Of a DNA stretch of 64,000 bases, positions 38,034 through 49,597 are shown piece by piece; the first letter of the stretch is position 1, and the number at the start of each line of letters is the position of its first letter. The stretch is from the NCBI GenBank assembly GCA_965368975.1, contig CBDUPA010000001.1, positions 512,001 through 576,000 on the forward strand, given 5' to 3'. The position numbers and the translations under genes are program-made. The notes under the pieces are model-generated. The model did no database searches, was not told where the DNA came from, and was given only the letters and a program-made list of their open reading frames with translations. The DNA is from an uncultured bacterium (GTDB lineage Bacteria; Acidobacteriota; Thermoanaerobaculia; Multivoradales; JAHZIX01).

Positions 38034-39305
38034 ATGAGACAACAACACACGCACCCTGACTCTCCAACTTCCACTCCCCCGAGGCCGATCTCAGGGGCGG
38101 CGCGAGTTCTCCCCTTCGATCACCTGCGCGCCTTCCTGATTCTGCTGGTCGTCGCGCATCACGCCATCCTCGCCTACGTTTCCTTTGCCCCGCAGCCCGA
38201 CGGTGATTGGGCAAATCCCCCGCAGCTCTGGCGCGCCTTCCCGGTCGTCGACACGGTGCGCGCGCAGGCGCTGGACATCCTGGTCCTATTCAACGACGTC
38301 GTGCTGATGGCCCTGCTCTTCCTGCTCGCCGGCCTCTTCACCTGGCGAGGTCTGCGGCACAAGGGCGCCGGCGGCTTCCTGCGCGGGCGCGTGCTGCGAC
38401 TCGGCCTGCCGTTCCTCGTCGGTGCCGGCCTGCTGGCTCCGCTGGCCTACGTTCCCGCCTACCTCCAGCATGGCGGTGATGCTTCCTTGGGAAGCTTCGT
38501 CGACGCTTGGCTCTCCCTCGGTGGCTGGCCTTCCGGTCCGGCATGGTTCCTCTGGCTGCTGCTCGCCTTCTCGGCACTCGCGGCCCTGAGCTATCGCCTC
38601 GCTCCGCACTGGGGCGACGCGCTCGGGCTTCGCTTGAGTCGCCTCGGAGACCGTCCCTGGACGTTCTTCGCCCTGCTCGTCGCGTCGTCCTCGCTGGTCT
38701 ATTTGCCAGTAGCCACCTGGGTCGATCCCAGTCATTGGTTCGAAGTCGGCCCCTTCGCTGCCCAGACCAGCCGCGTGCTCTTCTACGCTCTCTACTTCGT
38801 GTTTGGTATCGGACTTGGGGCGCATGGTTTGGGCGCTCGTGGCGTGACCCGAGGATTGCTCGCACCGCGCGGGCGCCTGGCACGGCAGTGGATCACCTGG
38901 CAAGTCGTGGCCTCCGTCGCTCTCGTCGCCCTGCTGATCGCCATCATCGTCATTATGGTCCAGGTCGGTAAGGACAACCTCCATCCCGCCATGCCGACCG
39001 TCGCGAACTTCGCCTTTACCGTCTCGTGCGCTGCGTCGAGCCTGATGCTGCTCTCGTTCTTCCTGCACCGCGCGGCCAAGCGTCCGGCTGATGAATCGAG
39101 TCACATGTGGCAGAGCCTGGGTCGCAACTCCTACGGCATCTACCTGGTGCACTACGTCTACGTCAACTGGCTGCTGCTGGGCGCGTTGCAGGTCGAGTTA
39201 CCGGCACTGGTCAAAGCGCTGGTGGTGTTGGTGGTCGCGGCTGGTCTGAGCTGGGGGACGTCCGCGTTGCTACGGCGGCTTCCAGGGGTAGCGCGGGTAG
39301 TATAG
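38034..39305 (+). CDS. Acyltransferase 3 family membrane protein (OpgC/NodX-like)
   Basis: D.LR...ILLVV.HH, M.LLF.LAG.F, R..RL..PF, WFL..L, SYGIYLVH. Confidence 0.88.
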   Translation: MRQQHTHPDSPTSTPPRPISGAARVLPFDHLRAFLILLVVAHHAILAYVSFAPQPDGDWANPPQLWRAFPVVDTVRAQALDILVLFNDVVLMALLFLLAGLFTWRGLRHKGAGGFLRGRVLRLGLPFLVGAGLLAPLAYVPAYLQHGGDASLGSFVDAWLSLGGWPSGPAWFLWLLLAFSALAALSYRLAPHWGDALGLRLSRLGDRPWTFFALLVASSSLVYLPVATWVDPSHWFEVGPFAAQTSRVLFYALYFVFGIGLGAHGLGARGVTRGLLAPRGRLARQWITWQVVASVALVALLIAIIVIMVQVGKDNLHPAMPTVANFAFTVSCAASSLMLLSFFLHRAAKRPADESSHMWQSLGRNSYGIYLVHYVYVNWLLLGALQVELPALVKALVVLVVAAGLSWGTSALLRRLPGVARVV

Positions 39306-39430
39306 CGTCGGTTGGACAGCCAGTGAGATTCTCTTAGGCCGGTTCGGCTGGACTGCGCTTATAGGCTTGAGGAGGTGGCACGAGGTTGCCTCCCTGCTTC
39401 CCTTGCCTTGAACGTACAGGAGATCTCGTG

Positions 39431-41305
39431 ATGAAGAATAGACTTGGTTTGGCACTCCCATTGTCCGTGGCGCTCTGTCTCCTTGCCGGCAGCACGGCAG
39501 CACAGCCGGCTGCATCTGAGGCAACGTATTCTCGCGCCCTGATCCCCGATCCAGTCGCCCTGGCGTGTACTTCCAGGCCTACGGCCAGCGGTGCGCTGCA
39601 GCGACCCGAACCGCCGTACCTTCGCAATGACTTCGGGTATGTCCACTCCTCGACGCATTTCCAGGGCCGGCTGGCTGCGGTCAAGTGGACCGGAGGGCTG
39701 ATCCATACGCCGGTACTGGACACCTTGCTGTCGGAGTTCACCAGCGCCGTCGTGGTCAACAACCCGGACCCCGTGCAGTCTGTGACCATCCGCATCGAGT
39801 ACTTCGATCACCTCGGCAACGCAGTGGGTGGCCCGGTCTCGGCGGTGATCCCGCCGGAAGGCACGTTCGCCGATGGCGCGGACGAGTTGACGCTCGATGG
39901 CGGCCGCGGCTTCGGCTCGGCGCGTGTCACCGTCGAGGCCGGCCCGGGTATCGTCGGCGCGACCCTCGTGCACGGAGCCCGTATTACTGACGGCAACTTC
40001 GAAGTGAGGGATACCGACAGCCTGGTGAACGGTACCCCGGCTCCTGGAGCAGCGTCGATGCAGCAGCTGCAGCTGAAGGGCACCAACACGGAGCTCTGGT
40101 GGGGCCCTCTGCCCGTGAGCACGGTGAGCAATGTTGATTTCTTCAATGGCGAGGCCCCCATCTACACGGTCGTCAATCCGGACGACACGCAGAGCAATAC
40201 GTTGAGCATCGAGCTGAAGATCTTCAACCGTCTCACTGGCAACGTCTCGACGGTGGCCTGGCGCCAGGTCACCTTGCCGCCGCGCGGCTCGCTAACGGAC
40301 GTCAGCGGCACGCATCTGTTCGAGTTGGGGACCTCGCCCGATGGCCTGTGGAATGTGATCGGCAACTACACTGGTGCCGCCATCGACCAGGACTTCCTGC
40401 TCCACATCACCAGCCTGGACGGTCTACCGATCCTGGGCGATGGCATCATGACGGACTTCTACGGCCAGAACGCCTCGAGCAACCTGGTCCCGGGAGAGCG
40501 TTTTCGCATGGCGTCGACGATGCTGGCACGACGGCCGAAGAAGGAGCTGATCGCGCCGCATTTCAGCCACGACCCAGGCAGCGACGGCATCGTCAATACT
40601 CTGATCGGTATCACCAACGTTGGTACCCAGGACGCTGGCATCGTGACCATCGAGTACTTCAACGCCAACGGTTCGCGGCATGCAGTGCATGCCGTGGGAA
40701 GTCTGCCGTCCGGCGAGTCGCTGCGCATCGAACCGGGTGCCTTGGGCTATCCGGGCAACAAGTTCAATCCCTTCGGTTGGGTCCAGGTTTCCTCTTGCCA
40801 AGAGGGAGCCCAGCTCGTGGGCTGGGCGGTCCGGGAGATTCAGAACGTGAATCAGGGGACCAAGGGCTACCAGTTTCACAAAGCCTACGGGGAGCTGCTG
40901 ATCAACAACGGTGGTGCCGAGCCGGGACTGGGCTTTGCTCTCGACGGCGATACGCGCAAGGCGATCCCACTGCTGCGGGCGGTCCGGTTCGGTGATTACC
41001 CTGGCTACAGCACCTTCGTCAATGACTCGGTGCCGAACCTGGGTGTCTACAACTGGCGCTTCTTCGACTTCTCGGGCTTCGACTGCACATCGAGCTCGAG
41101 TTTCTCCGGGCTGCCGTTCGGCCATTCCTCTCTGACCTACGAGGATTCCCTGAGCAGCGGCTGCTCGAACGCCAAGAACATGAGCGGTCGCGTGGATCAT
41201 GCCAGCGGATCGATCTCGGGTGTCACCGTTCTCGGCGATCCGTTGGCGGAGTATGAGCTCGACGATGACGACGGCTTCGTCATCCCGTTGCCGCCCGGAC
41301 CGTAA
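39431..41305 (+). CDS. Secreted protein with about 4 internal beta-sandwich-like repeats
   Basis: AGGAG RBS; signal peptide; recurring v.N......v.iey(f)d..G unit. Confidence 0.7.
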   Translation: MKNRLGLALPLSVALCLLAGSTAAQPAASEATYSRALIPDPVALACTSRPTASGALQRPEPPYLRNDFGYVHSSTHFQGRLAAVKWTGGLIHTPVLDTLLSEFTSAVVVNNPDPVQSVTIRIEYFDHLGNAVGGPVSAVIPPEGTFADGADELTLDGGRGFGSARVTVEAGPGIVGATLVHGARITDGNFEVRDTDSLVNGTPAPGAASMQQLQLKGTNTELWWGPLPVSTVSNVDFFNGEAPIYTVVNPDDTQSNTLSIELKIFNRLTGNVSTVAWRQVTLPPRGSLTDVSGTHLFELGTSPDGLWNVIGNYTGAAIDQDFLLHITSLDGLPILGDGIMTDFYGQNASSNLVPGERFRMASTMLARRPKKELIAPHFSHDPGSDGIVNTLIGITNVGTQDAGIVTIEYFNANGSRHAVHAVGSLPSGESLRIEPGALGYPGNKFNPFGWVQVSSCQEGAQLVGWAVREIQNVNQGTKGYQFHKAYGELLINNGGAEPGLGFALDGDTRKAIPLLRAVRFGDYPGYSTFVNDSVPNLGVYNWRFFDFSGFDCTSSSSFSGLPFGHSSLTYEDSLSSGCSNAKNMSGRVDHASGSISGVTVLGDPLAEYELDDDDGFVIPLPPGP

Positions 41306-41313
41306 GCACCGCG

Positions 41314-43974
<2,661 letters not shown>

Positions 43975-43978
43975 CGGG

Positions 43979-44623
43979 TCAGCCGGCTGTTCCTCGGGGG
44001 TGAGGCTGTGATGCCTCCGGCGGGTGGGTCATGCGGGCGAACAGCCAGGTACGCGCCAACTGCGTGTCCAGGACGACGGTGGCTTTGGAGACCCCTAACA
44101 GCTCGGCCGTGTCGCGGACGTCGAGGCCGGCGAAAAAGCGCAGCTCGACGACGCGAGCCTTACGTGCATCGGCGTTACCGAGGTCGGTCAGTGCGCGATC
44201 GAGCGCCAGCAGTTCCACCACGGACTCTCCGGCGGGTGCTGCGGGCTCCTGAGTCAAGGCGATGGTCAAGCCGCCGCCACGTTTCTCGGTCCTGAAGCGC
44301 CGGGCATGATCGACCAAGACACGCCGCATGGTGCGGGCCATCACGGCGAAGAAGTGCTTGCGGTCTTGCCACTGCGGCTGGCTCGCCGCCAGCCTCAGAT
44401 ATGCCTCGTGAAGCAGGGCCGTCGGCTGCAGTGTGTGGTTGCGACGCTCGCCTGCCATGGCTCGCTGTGCCAACTGGTGAAGCTGGCGGTAGACCAGTGG
44501 CATGAGTTCCTGCAGCGCAGCCTCATTGCCCTGGTGCCATGCATCGAGCAAGTCGGTGATGTCTGTGCCATCAGAGTCGTGGAGAGGCATACTGTGGTGC
44601 TCCCGAGCAGGGCTCGTCGACAT
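43979..44623 (-). CDS. ECF sigma factor (TIGR02999/ECF43-like)
   Basis: HTLQPTALLHEAY, MRRVLVDHAR, VVELRFFAGL; alternative ATG at 44590. Confidence 0.9.
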   Translation of the reverse strand: MSTSPAREHHSMPLHDSDGTDITDLLDAWHQGNEAALQELMPLVYRQLHQLAQRAMAGERRNHTLQPTALLHEAYLRLAASQPQWQDRKHFFAVMARTMRRVLVDHARRFRTEKRGGGLTIALTQEPAAPAGESVVELLALDRALTDLGNADARKARVVELRFFAGLDVRDTAELLGVSKATVVLDTQLARTWLFARMTHPPEASQPHPRGTAG

Positions 44624-44744
44624 GCGTCTAGATCGTTGAAGTCAACATAAGAGGGTAGGTTTCTCCCTGTCAAGAAACAGGTGGAGCGTGCCAAGAGCGG
44701 TGTTCCGCGGCAGCGAGGGCCAGGCCGGTTCGCGCCGTCACACC

Positions 44745-44880
44745 CACCATGCCATCCTCGCCACGTCTCGTTCGCCCCGCAACCCGCCCCGCAACCCGCC
44801 CGGCAACCCGACGGTGATTGGGCGAACCATCCGCAGCTCTGGCGCGCTTTCCCGGTCGCCGACGGCGCGCACAGGCGCGG
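44745..44880 (+). pseudogene. Degenerate copy of the 5' part of the acyltransferase gene (about 38157-38274)
   Basis: Shared GCCATCCTCGCC...GCCCCGCA.CCCGACGGTGATTGGGC.AA.C..CCGCAGCTCTGGCGCGC.TTCCCGGTCG with a frameshift; translates FAPQP...DGDWANHPQLWRAFPV. Confidence 0.85.
44773..44808 (+). repeat. 12-bp tandem repeat x3
   Basis: CGCCCCGCAACC CGCCCCGCAACC CGCCCGGCAACC. Confidence 0.85.
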
Positions 44881-44931
44881 CACGGCTGGTATAGCATGGC
44901 GACACAAGCTCACAACCCAAGGAGAAGAACC

Positions 44932-46383
44932 ATGAACATGCGTTCTTGCCAGCAGACTCGCTTCCGCTTCTGGAAGCTCGCTTTATCTCTGACCCTGGGA
45001 GTGGTGGTCGTTGCCACGACTCCAGCTCTCGGGCAAGACTCCCCCTGCCAGGACTCGATCGACTACCTCAATCAGCAGTACGCCAACGATCCCGCGACGC
45101 AGCAGGCGTTCGAGATGACCTATCGCGGCCTGAATCCGCTGCCGCCGGGCTATACCTACAACGGCTCCAGCATCAATCCCTGGGCGCAAATCGCCAATGA
45201 CGGTAAGAGCCTCAAGGACGCGGTGGCGAACTTCTACCTCCAGGTCTGCGAACTGCTACCGCAGATCATCGGCACCAACGACAACGCCCTCGACTCGATC
45301 CAGTACTTCGCCTGGCTCTACTACCACAACGTGGCTGGACAGCAGATGGTCGAGGGGATCGATCCCGCGAATCCGACCCAGACGCTGGACTCCGTCACGA
45401 ACTTCCTGATCATGTTCAATGACGAGTACAAGGAGTACATGGACAGCTCTGACTCCACCACCTACGTGCCTCAGTGGGTGAACGATCCTCGGTTGGAGAT
45501 CGGTGACTACCGGCGCACCCAGGCGGACGAGTACGTCAGCTGGAACGACTTCTTTGCGCGCGATCTGAAATTCGACCCGATCAGCGGGATCTACCCGGCG
45601 CGTCCGGTGACCATGCCCGGCCGTGACTACGTCGTCGTGTCGCCGACCGACTGCATCATGAATCCGCTGGTGCAGACTCTGGAGTTGCAGACCGGGCAAG
45701 TGGTGCAGGCGTTGATCGATAACCCGCTGCAGCAGGACACGGTGCTCGACGTCAAGGGTATCCCGATGTCGATGTCGCAGCTCCTGGCCAACGCGCCGAA
45801 GGATCTGAAGGAGAAGTTCACCGGTGGCAGCGGCCTGGCGTGCGTGCTGATGCCGGACACCTACCACCACTTCCACAGCCCGGTGGACGGCGTGATCGTC
45901 TACGAAGAGATCGTCGAAGCTGGCACCGACTACGCTTGGGGCACCTTCGGTTACTTCGACTGGCCCAATTGGGTGCCGCTCGACGGCAACGTCGGCCGCG
46001 CCGGCACCGACTTCAACCAGTTCCGCGGCTTCCAGCGTGGTGTGATCATCATCGAGGTGCAGTACAAGAACCTGCCGGGTAAGGAGCCCGCGATGCTCAA
46101 GGGGTACGTAGCGTCGATTCCGGTCGGGCTCGACACCGTCGGCTCTGTGGTTCTTGCTGACGAGGTCGAGATCGGCGCGGCGGTGCGCAAGGGGGTGACG
46201 CCGTTCGGCAACTTCTTCTTCGGCGGCTCGCTCGACATTCTGCTGTTCTCGCCGATCCTGAACTCGGGCGTCGAGGGTCCGCCGCAGATGCTGAGTCCGG
46301 CGGTACAGACGCGCATGGGCAACCAGATCGGTATCTTGAACACGCCGTATCCGGCGCCGAAGACGCCGTGGACGCCGGATTGA
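44932..46383 (+). CDS. Phosphatidylserine decarboxylase-like pyruvoyl enzyme with a signal peptide
   Basis: SWNDFFAR, VVSPTDC, L.P..YHHFHSPV.G, F.FGGS; AAGGAG RBS. Confidence 0.8.
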   Translation: MNMRSCQQTRFRFWKLALSLTLGVVVVATTPALGQDSPCQDSIDYLNQQYANDPATQQAFEMTYRGLNPLPPGYTYNGSSINPWAQIANDGKSLKDAVANFYLQVCELLPQIIGTNDNALDSIQYFAWLYYHNVAGQQMVEGIDPANPTQTLDSVTNFLIMFNDEYKEYMDSSDSTTYVPQWVNDPRLEIGDYRRTQADEYVSWNDFFARDLKFDPISGIYPARPVTMPGRDYVVVSPTDCIMNPLVQTLELQTGQVVQALIDNPLQQDTVLDVKGIPMSMSQLLANAPKDLKEKFTGGSGLACVLMPDTYHHFHSPVDGVIVYEEIVEAGTDYAWGTFGYFDWPNWVPLDGNVGRAGTDFNQFRGFQRGVIIIEVQYKNLPGKEPAMLKGYVASIPVGLDTVGSVVLADEVEIGAAVRKGVTPFGNFFFGGSLDILLFSPILNSGVEGPPQMLSPAVQTRMGNQIGILNTPYPAPKTPWTPD

Positions 46384-46431
46384 ACCAGCACAGAGGTTCA
46401 TGCATGACATCCGCTGCTTGATTCAGGTTCC

Positions 46432-46662
46432 GTGAAGGAGATCCTGCGCAGTGATCGACTGATGTACTCCCTCTCCGAGACCGATCGGGGAGGGATGACG
46501 CTGGCCGTCGTCTGCGGTGGTATTGCGATGTACACCGTTGAGCTGGACTTGACGGAGGACGAGATCCACCGCTTTCGACGCGAGGGGGAGAGCTTTGTCG
46601 ACGGGCTGGCGCTGAAGGTCTGTAAGAACTGGCCCGGACTGGAGGGGCGACTGCGGCGCTGA
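46432..46662 (+). CDS. Small hypothetical protein
   Basis: 76-aa ORF filling the gap, plausible composition (L.VVCGG.A.Y). Confidence 0.5.
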   Translation: MKEILRSDRLMYSLSETDRGGMTLAVVCGGIAMYTVELDLTEDEIHRFRREGESFVDGLALKVCKNWPGLEGRLRR

Positions 46663-46736
46663 TCTCTCCTCCGGAGGCTACCCCGACACTGCTAGGATGA
46701 CGCAAAATCAACGATGTGACTCAGTGAGGGTGCTAC

Positions 46737-47999
46737 ATGTCCACCGACTTCAAGAGCCGACAGACGCCCGGCGTCTACGTGACCGAACTCGACCCCTTCC
46801 CACCCTCCATGGTCGGCGTGCAGACCGCGGTCCCTGCCTTCGTTGGCTACACCGAAAAGGCGGAGGTCTCCGGCAAGCCCGTGAGGCTGAAGCCGGTCAA
46901 GTGTGGAGCGATGGTCGACTTCGACTTGATCTTCGGTGGTGCTCCGGCGAGCGGAGAGATCTTCCACCTCTACGACAGCCTGCGCCTCTTCTATGCCAAC
47001 GGTGGTGGCGAATGCTACGTGGTTTCCGTCGGTGACTACTCGGCTCCGGTGTCTCTGAAGCCCTTGCAGAAAGGACTGTCGGCGCTGGAGAACGAAGCTG
47101 AACCGACGATGTTGGTGATTCCTGATGCCGTCCTGCTGCCCGCTGACAGCAAGCCCATTGCCGGCACCTCACTGCCGAAGTCGCAAGCCTTCGCGACGCT
47201 GGTGCAGGCGATGCTGCAGCAGGCCGGGACGCTGCAGGATCGCGTCGCGATTCTCGACGTCTACGGCACGCTGTCCTTACCGGGTGCGAAGTCGGCGGAA
47301 TTCGACTCGAACCTGACGGCGCTGATCGAACAGTTCCGGCAGGATGTCGGGACCGAGTTCTTGAGCTACGGCGCGGCATACTTTCCGTTCTTGCAGACGT
47401 CGCTTGACGGCGTCGCGAATCCGTTGCCGCCGAGTCCCGCCCTGGCTGGCGTCTGCACACTCGTCGATACTTCGCGCGGCGTGTGGAACGCGCCGGCAAA
47501 TATCAGTCTGGGATCCGTTACGGCACCGACCGTTGTGATCAACGCCCAGCAACAGGCGGAGCTCAACACGCCGATCGACGGCAAGGCGGTGGATGCGATC
47601 CGCGAGTTCGTCGGCCGTGGCACGCTGGTGTGGGGGGCGCGGACCCTCGACGGCAACAGCAACGACTACCGCTACATTCAGGTGCGACGGACCCTGATCT
47701 ACATCGAGCAGAGCATCAAGGCAGCGCTCGGGCAGTTCGTCTTCGCAGCCAACGACGGCAAGACGTGGGCGACGGTGAAGTCCATGATCTCGAGCTTCCT
47801 GCACCAGCTCTGGGCGCAGGGCGGTTTGATGGGAGCGACGGCCTCGGAAGCATACTCGGTGGAAGTCGGACTGGGCAGTACGATGACGGCGCAGGACATC
47901 TTGGACGGCTACATGATCGTCCAGGTGACGCTGCAGATGATCCGCCCGGCGGAGTTCATTGAGCTGGTCTTCAAGCAGAAGATGGAGAGGAGCACCTGA
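46737..47999 (+). CDS. Contractile tail sheath protein (eCIS/Afp-like)
   Basis: TPGVYV.E, TAVPAF.GYTE, F..NGGG.CY.VSVG, RGVW.APAN, WGARTL, YI.VRR, F..ND..TW, RPAEFI. Confidence 0.9.
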   Translation: MSTDFKSRQTPGVYVTELDPFPPSMVGVQTAVPAFVGYTEKAEVSGKPVRLKPVKCGAMVDFDLIFGGAPASGEIFHLYDSLRLFYANGGGECYVVSVGDYSAPVSLKPLQKGLSALENEAEPTMLVIPDAVLLPADSKPIAGTSLPKSQAFATLVQAMLQQAGTLQDRVAILDVYGTLSLPGAKSAEFDSNLTALIEQFRQDVGTEFLSYGAAYFPFLQTSLDGVANPLPPSPALAGVCTLVDTSRGVWNAPANISLGSVTAPTVVINAQQQAELNTPIDGKAVDAIREFVGRGTLVWGARTLDGNSNDYRYIQVRRTLIYIEQSIKAALGQFVFAANDGKTWATVKSMISSFLHQLWAQGGLMGATASEAYSVEVGLGSTMTAQDILDGYMIVQVTLQMIRPAEFIELVFKQKMERST

Positions 48000-48090
48000 C
48001 GAGAGGGCTGGGTCGGGAGCACTAGCGGGATTTTTAGCGACGTCTGGTGTGTCTAACAAACCAGAACCCCGATGGTGAAAGGATCGAAAG

Positions 48091-49179
48091 ATGCGACTCT
48101 CGAAATGCCCCGTTCTTCTCCTGGTGGTTGGCCTCTGGCTGGCGGTGACTCCGCTTCGGGCGATGCCGATCCCGCCCAACCCGCTCTGGACCTTGACACA
48201 GGATGCCGAACTGATCGTCGTTGCCGAAGTGACGGACCACGAGCCGTGGCGTGACGAGCGGGAGTCAGCGGATAGGTCGATGAGTAAGACGGTGGCGCTG
48301 CTCAGCATCCTCGATACGCTCAAGGGGCCGGAGTTGGAGACGGTTCGCGTGCCGTATCCGGCCGGCTTGGTCTGTCCGCAGCCGCCGCATTACTTCGACG
48401 GTGAGGTCGTCGTGGCCTTCCTGGAGCGCTACGACGACCGCTGGCACACGGTCTCGCTGTCCTTCGGCACGCTGTATCCGCAAGGGCCGGACCTCGATGA
48501 CGTGCTCACCATGACGCGCTGGGCGGTGCGGCTGCAGGCCGAGGCCGGTGCCGGGGGTGTGCTCCAAGAGCAGCGCATGCGCTGGTTGCTGGAAGCGGCG
48601 GCTCGGTCGGGGACGCGCTGGCATGCCTTGATGGAATTACAGCATCCAGAACTCTTGGTGGACAGGAGGCCGGGGGCGGCGGAGTACCGAGCGCCGGCAG
48701 CCTTGACCGACGAGGACTTCGCCGAACTCGCGCAGGCCTTGATCCGGGAGCCGAGACCGGATCACACGTTGCCGATGATGCTAGAGCTGCTGCGCGAGCA
48801 TCCGGAACCGGCCCTCGACGAGGTGGTGCTGGCGGTGACGGAGGGGATGTTGGCGCACGAGAAGCCGTCGTTTGTCCTGGAGTGGATGTTGTCGGAGGTC
48901 ATGAGGCGATTCGGCGAGCTCGAGCCCCGCGGGACCATCGAACGTTTCCAGGCTGCGCGCGAAGCGCAGGACGTGCCAGATTGGAGTGAGCGGATGCCGA
49001 CGATCGAGGAATGGCGGAGCTTCTGGATCGAGACGAAGCGGCGTTTGGGGATTCCGGACGTGGCGCCGGCCGAATTCGATCCGGAGCGCTACGAGTCTCT
49101 GGTACAGCGTCGGCATCGGGAAGAGCTAGCGGAGATCGAAGAGCTCTTGATTCGAGATATCGCCGAAGACGGCGGGTGA
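48091..49179 (+). CDS. Secreted hypothetical protein
   Basis: Signal peptide; L...AELIVVAEV OB-like N-terminus followed by a helical region. Confidence 0.65.
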   Translation: MRLSKCPVLLLVVGLWLAVTPLRAMPIPPNPLWTLTQDAELIVVAEVTDHEPWRDERESADRSMSKTVALLSILDTLKGPELETVRVPYPAGLVCPQPPHYFDGEVVVAFLERYDDRWHTVSLSFGTLYPQGPDLDDVLTMTRWAVRLQAEAGAGGVLQEQRMRWLLEAAARSGTRWHALMELQHPELLVDRRPGAAEYRAPAALTDEDFAELAQALIREPRPDHTLPMMLELLREHPEPALDEVVLAVTEGMLAHEKPSFVLEWMLSEVMRRFGELEPRGTIERFQAAREAQDVPDWSERMPTIEEWRSFWIETKRRLGIPDVAPAEFDPERYESLVQRRHREELAEIEELLIRDIAEDGG

Positions 49180-49299
49180 TCAATATTCGGCCGCGGCTGC
49201 GCGTGAGAGGGCAGAGACCCACGTGCCGTGAGCTGCTCCGGTAATTGCTAGAGCGGCCGTGGTACACCACCGGCTGCAGAGCCGAGAAGGAGAAATGCG

Positions 49300-49530
49300 A
49301 TGAAGAAGAAGTTGCAGAGGCGTTTTGGCTTGAAGCGGGAAACCCTACGCACGCTCACGGAGTCAGTCTCGAGTCGGGCCGTCGGCGGTACGATCGGAAC
49401 GACGAATGTAGTCGACTGGACAGAGAATCCGGGTGGCATCAGCTGCATCTATCCGGGTGGTTGCGGCACCGGCTACGAGACCATCACCGATCCGGGTTGC
49501 GGGGCATCCTGCGAGCTGGAACCCTGCTGA
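49300..49530 (+). CDS. Lanthipeptide-type precursor peptide (LanA-like)
   Basis: AAGGAG RBS; leader MKKK...LKRETLRTL...AVGG; 46-aa core with 5 Cys, 7 Thr and 2 Ser; immediately upstream of LanC. Confidence 0.8.
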   Translation: MKKKLQRRFGLKRETLRTLTESVSSRAVGGTIGTTNVVDWTENPGGISCIYPGGCGTGYETITDPGCGASCELEPC

Positions 49531-49597
49531 GCAGGACTTCCCTGGCCGTCTGCACGAAGTCTTCGGGCAGACGGCCAGACTTGCCTGGAGCCTTTCG

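Noticed and set aside
46432-49179. Prophage or complete eCIS around the sheath gene
   Set aside because: No capsid, terminase, tube, baseplate or integrase genes recognised
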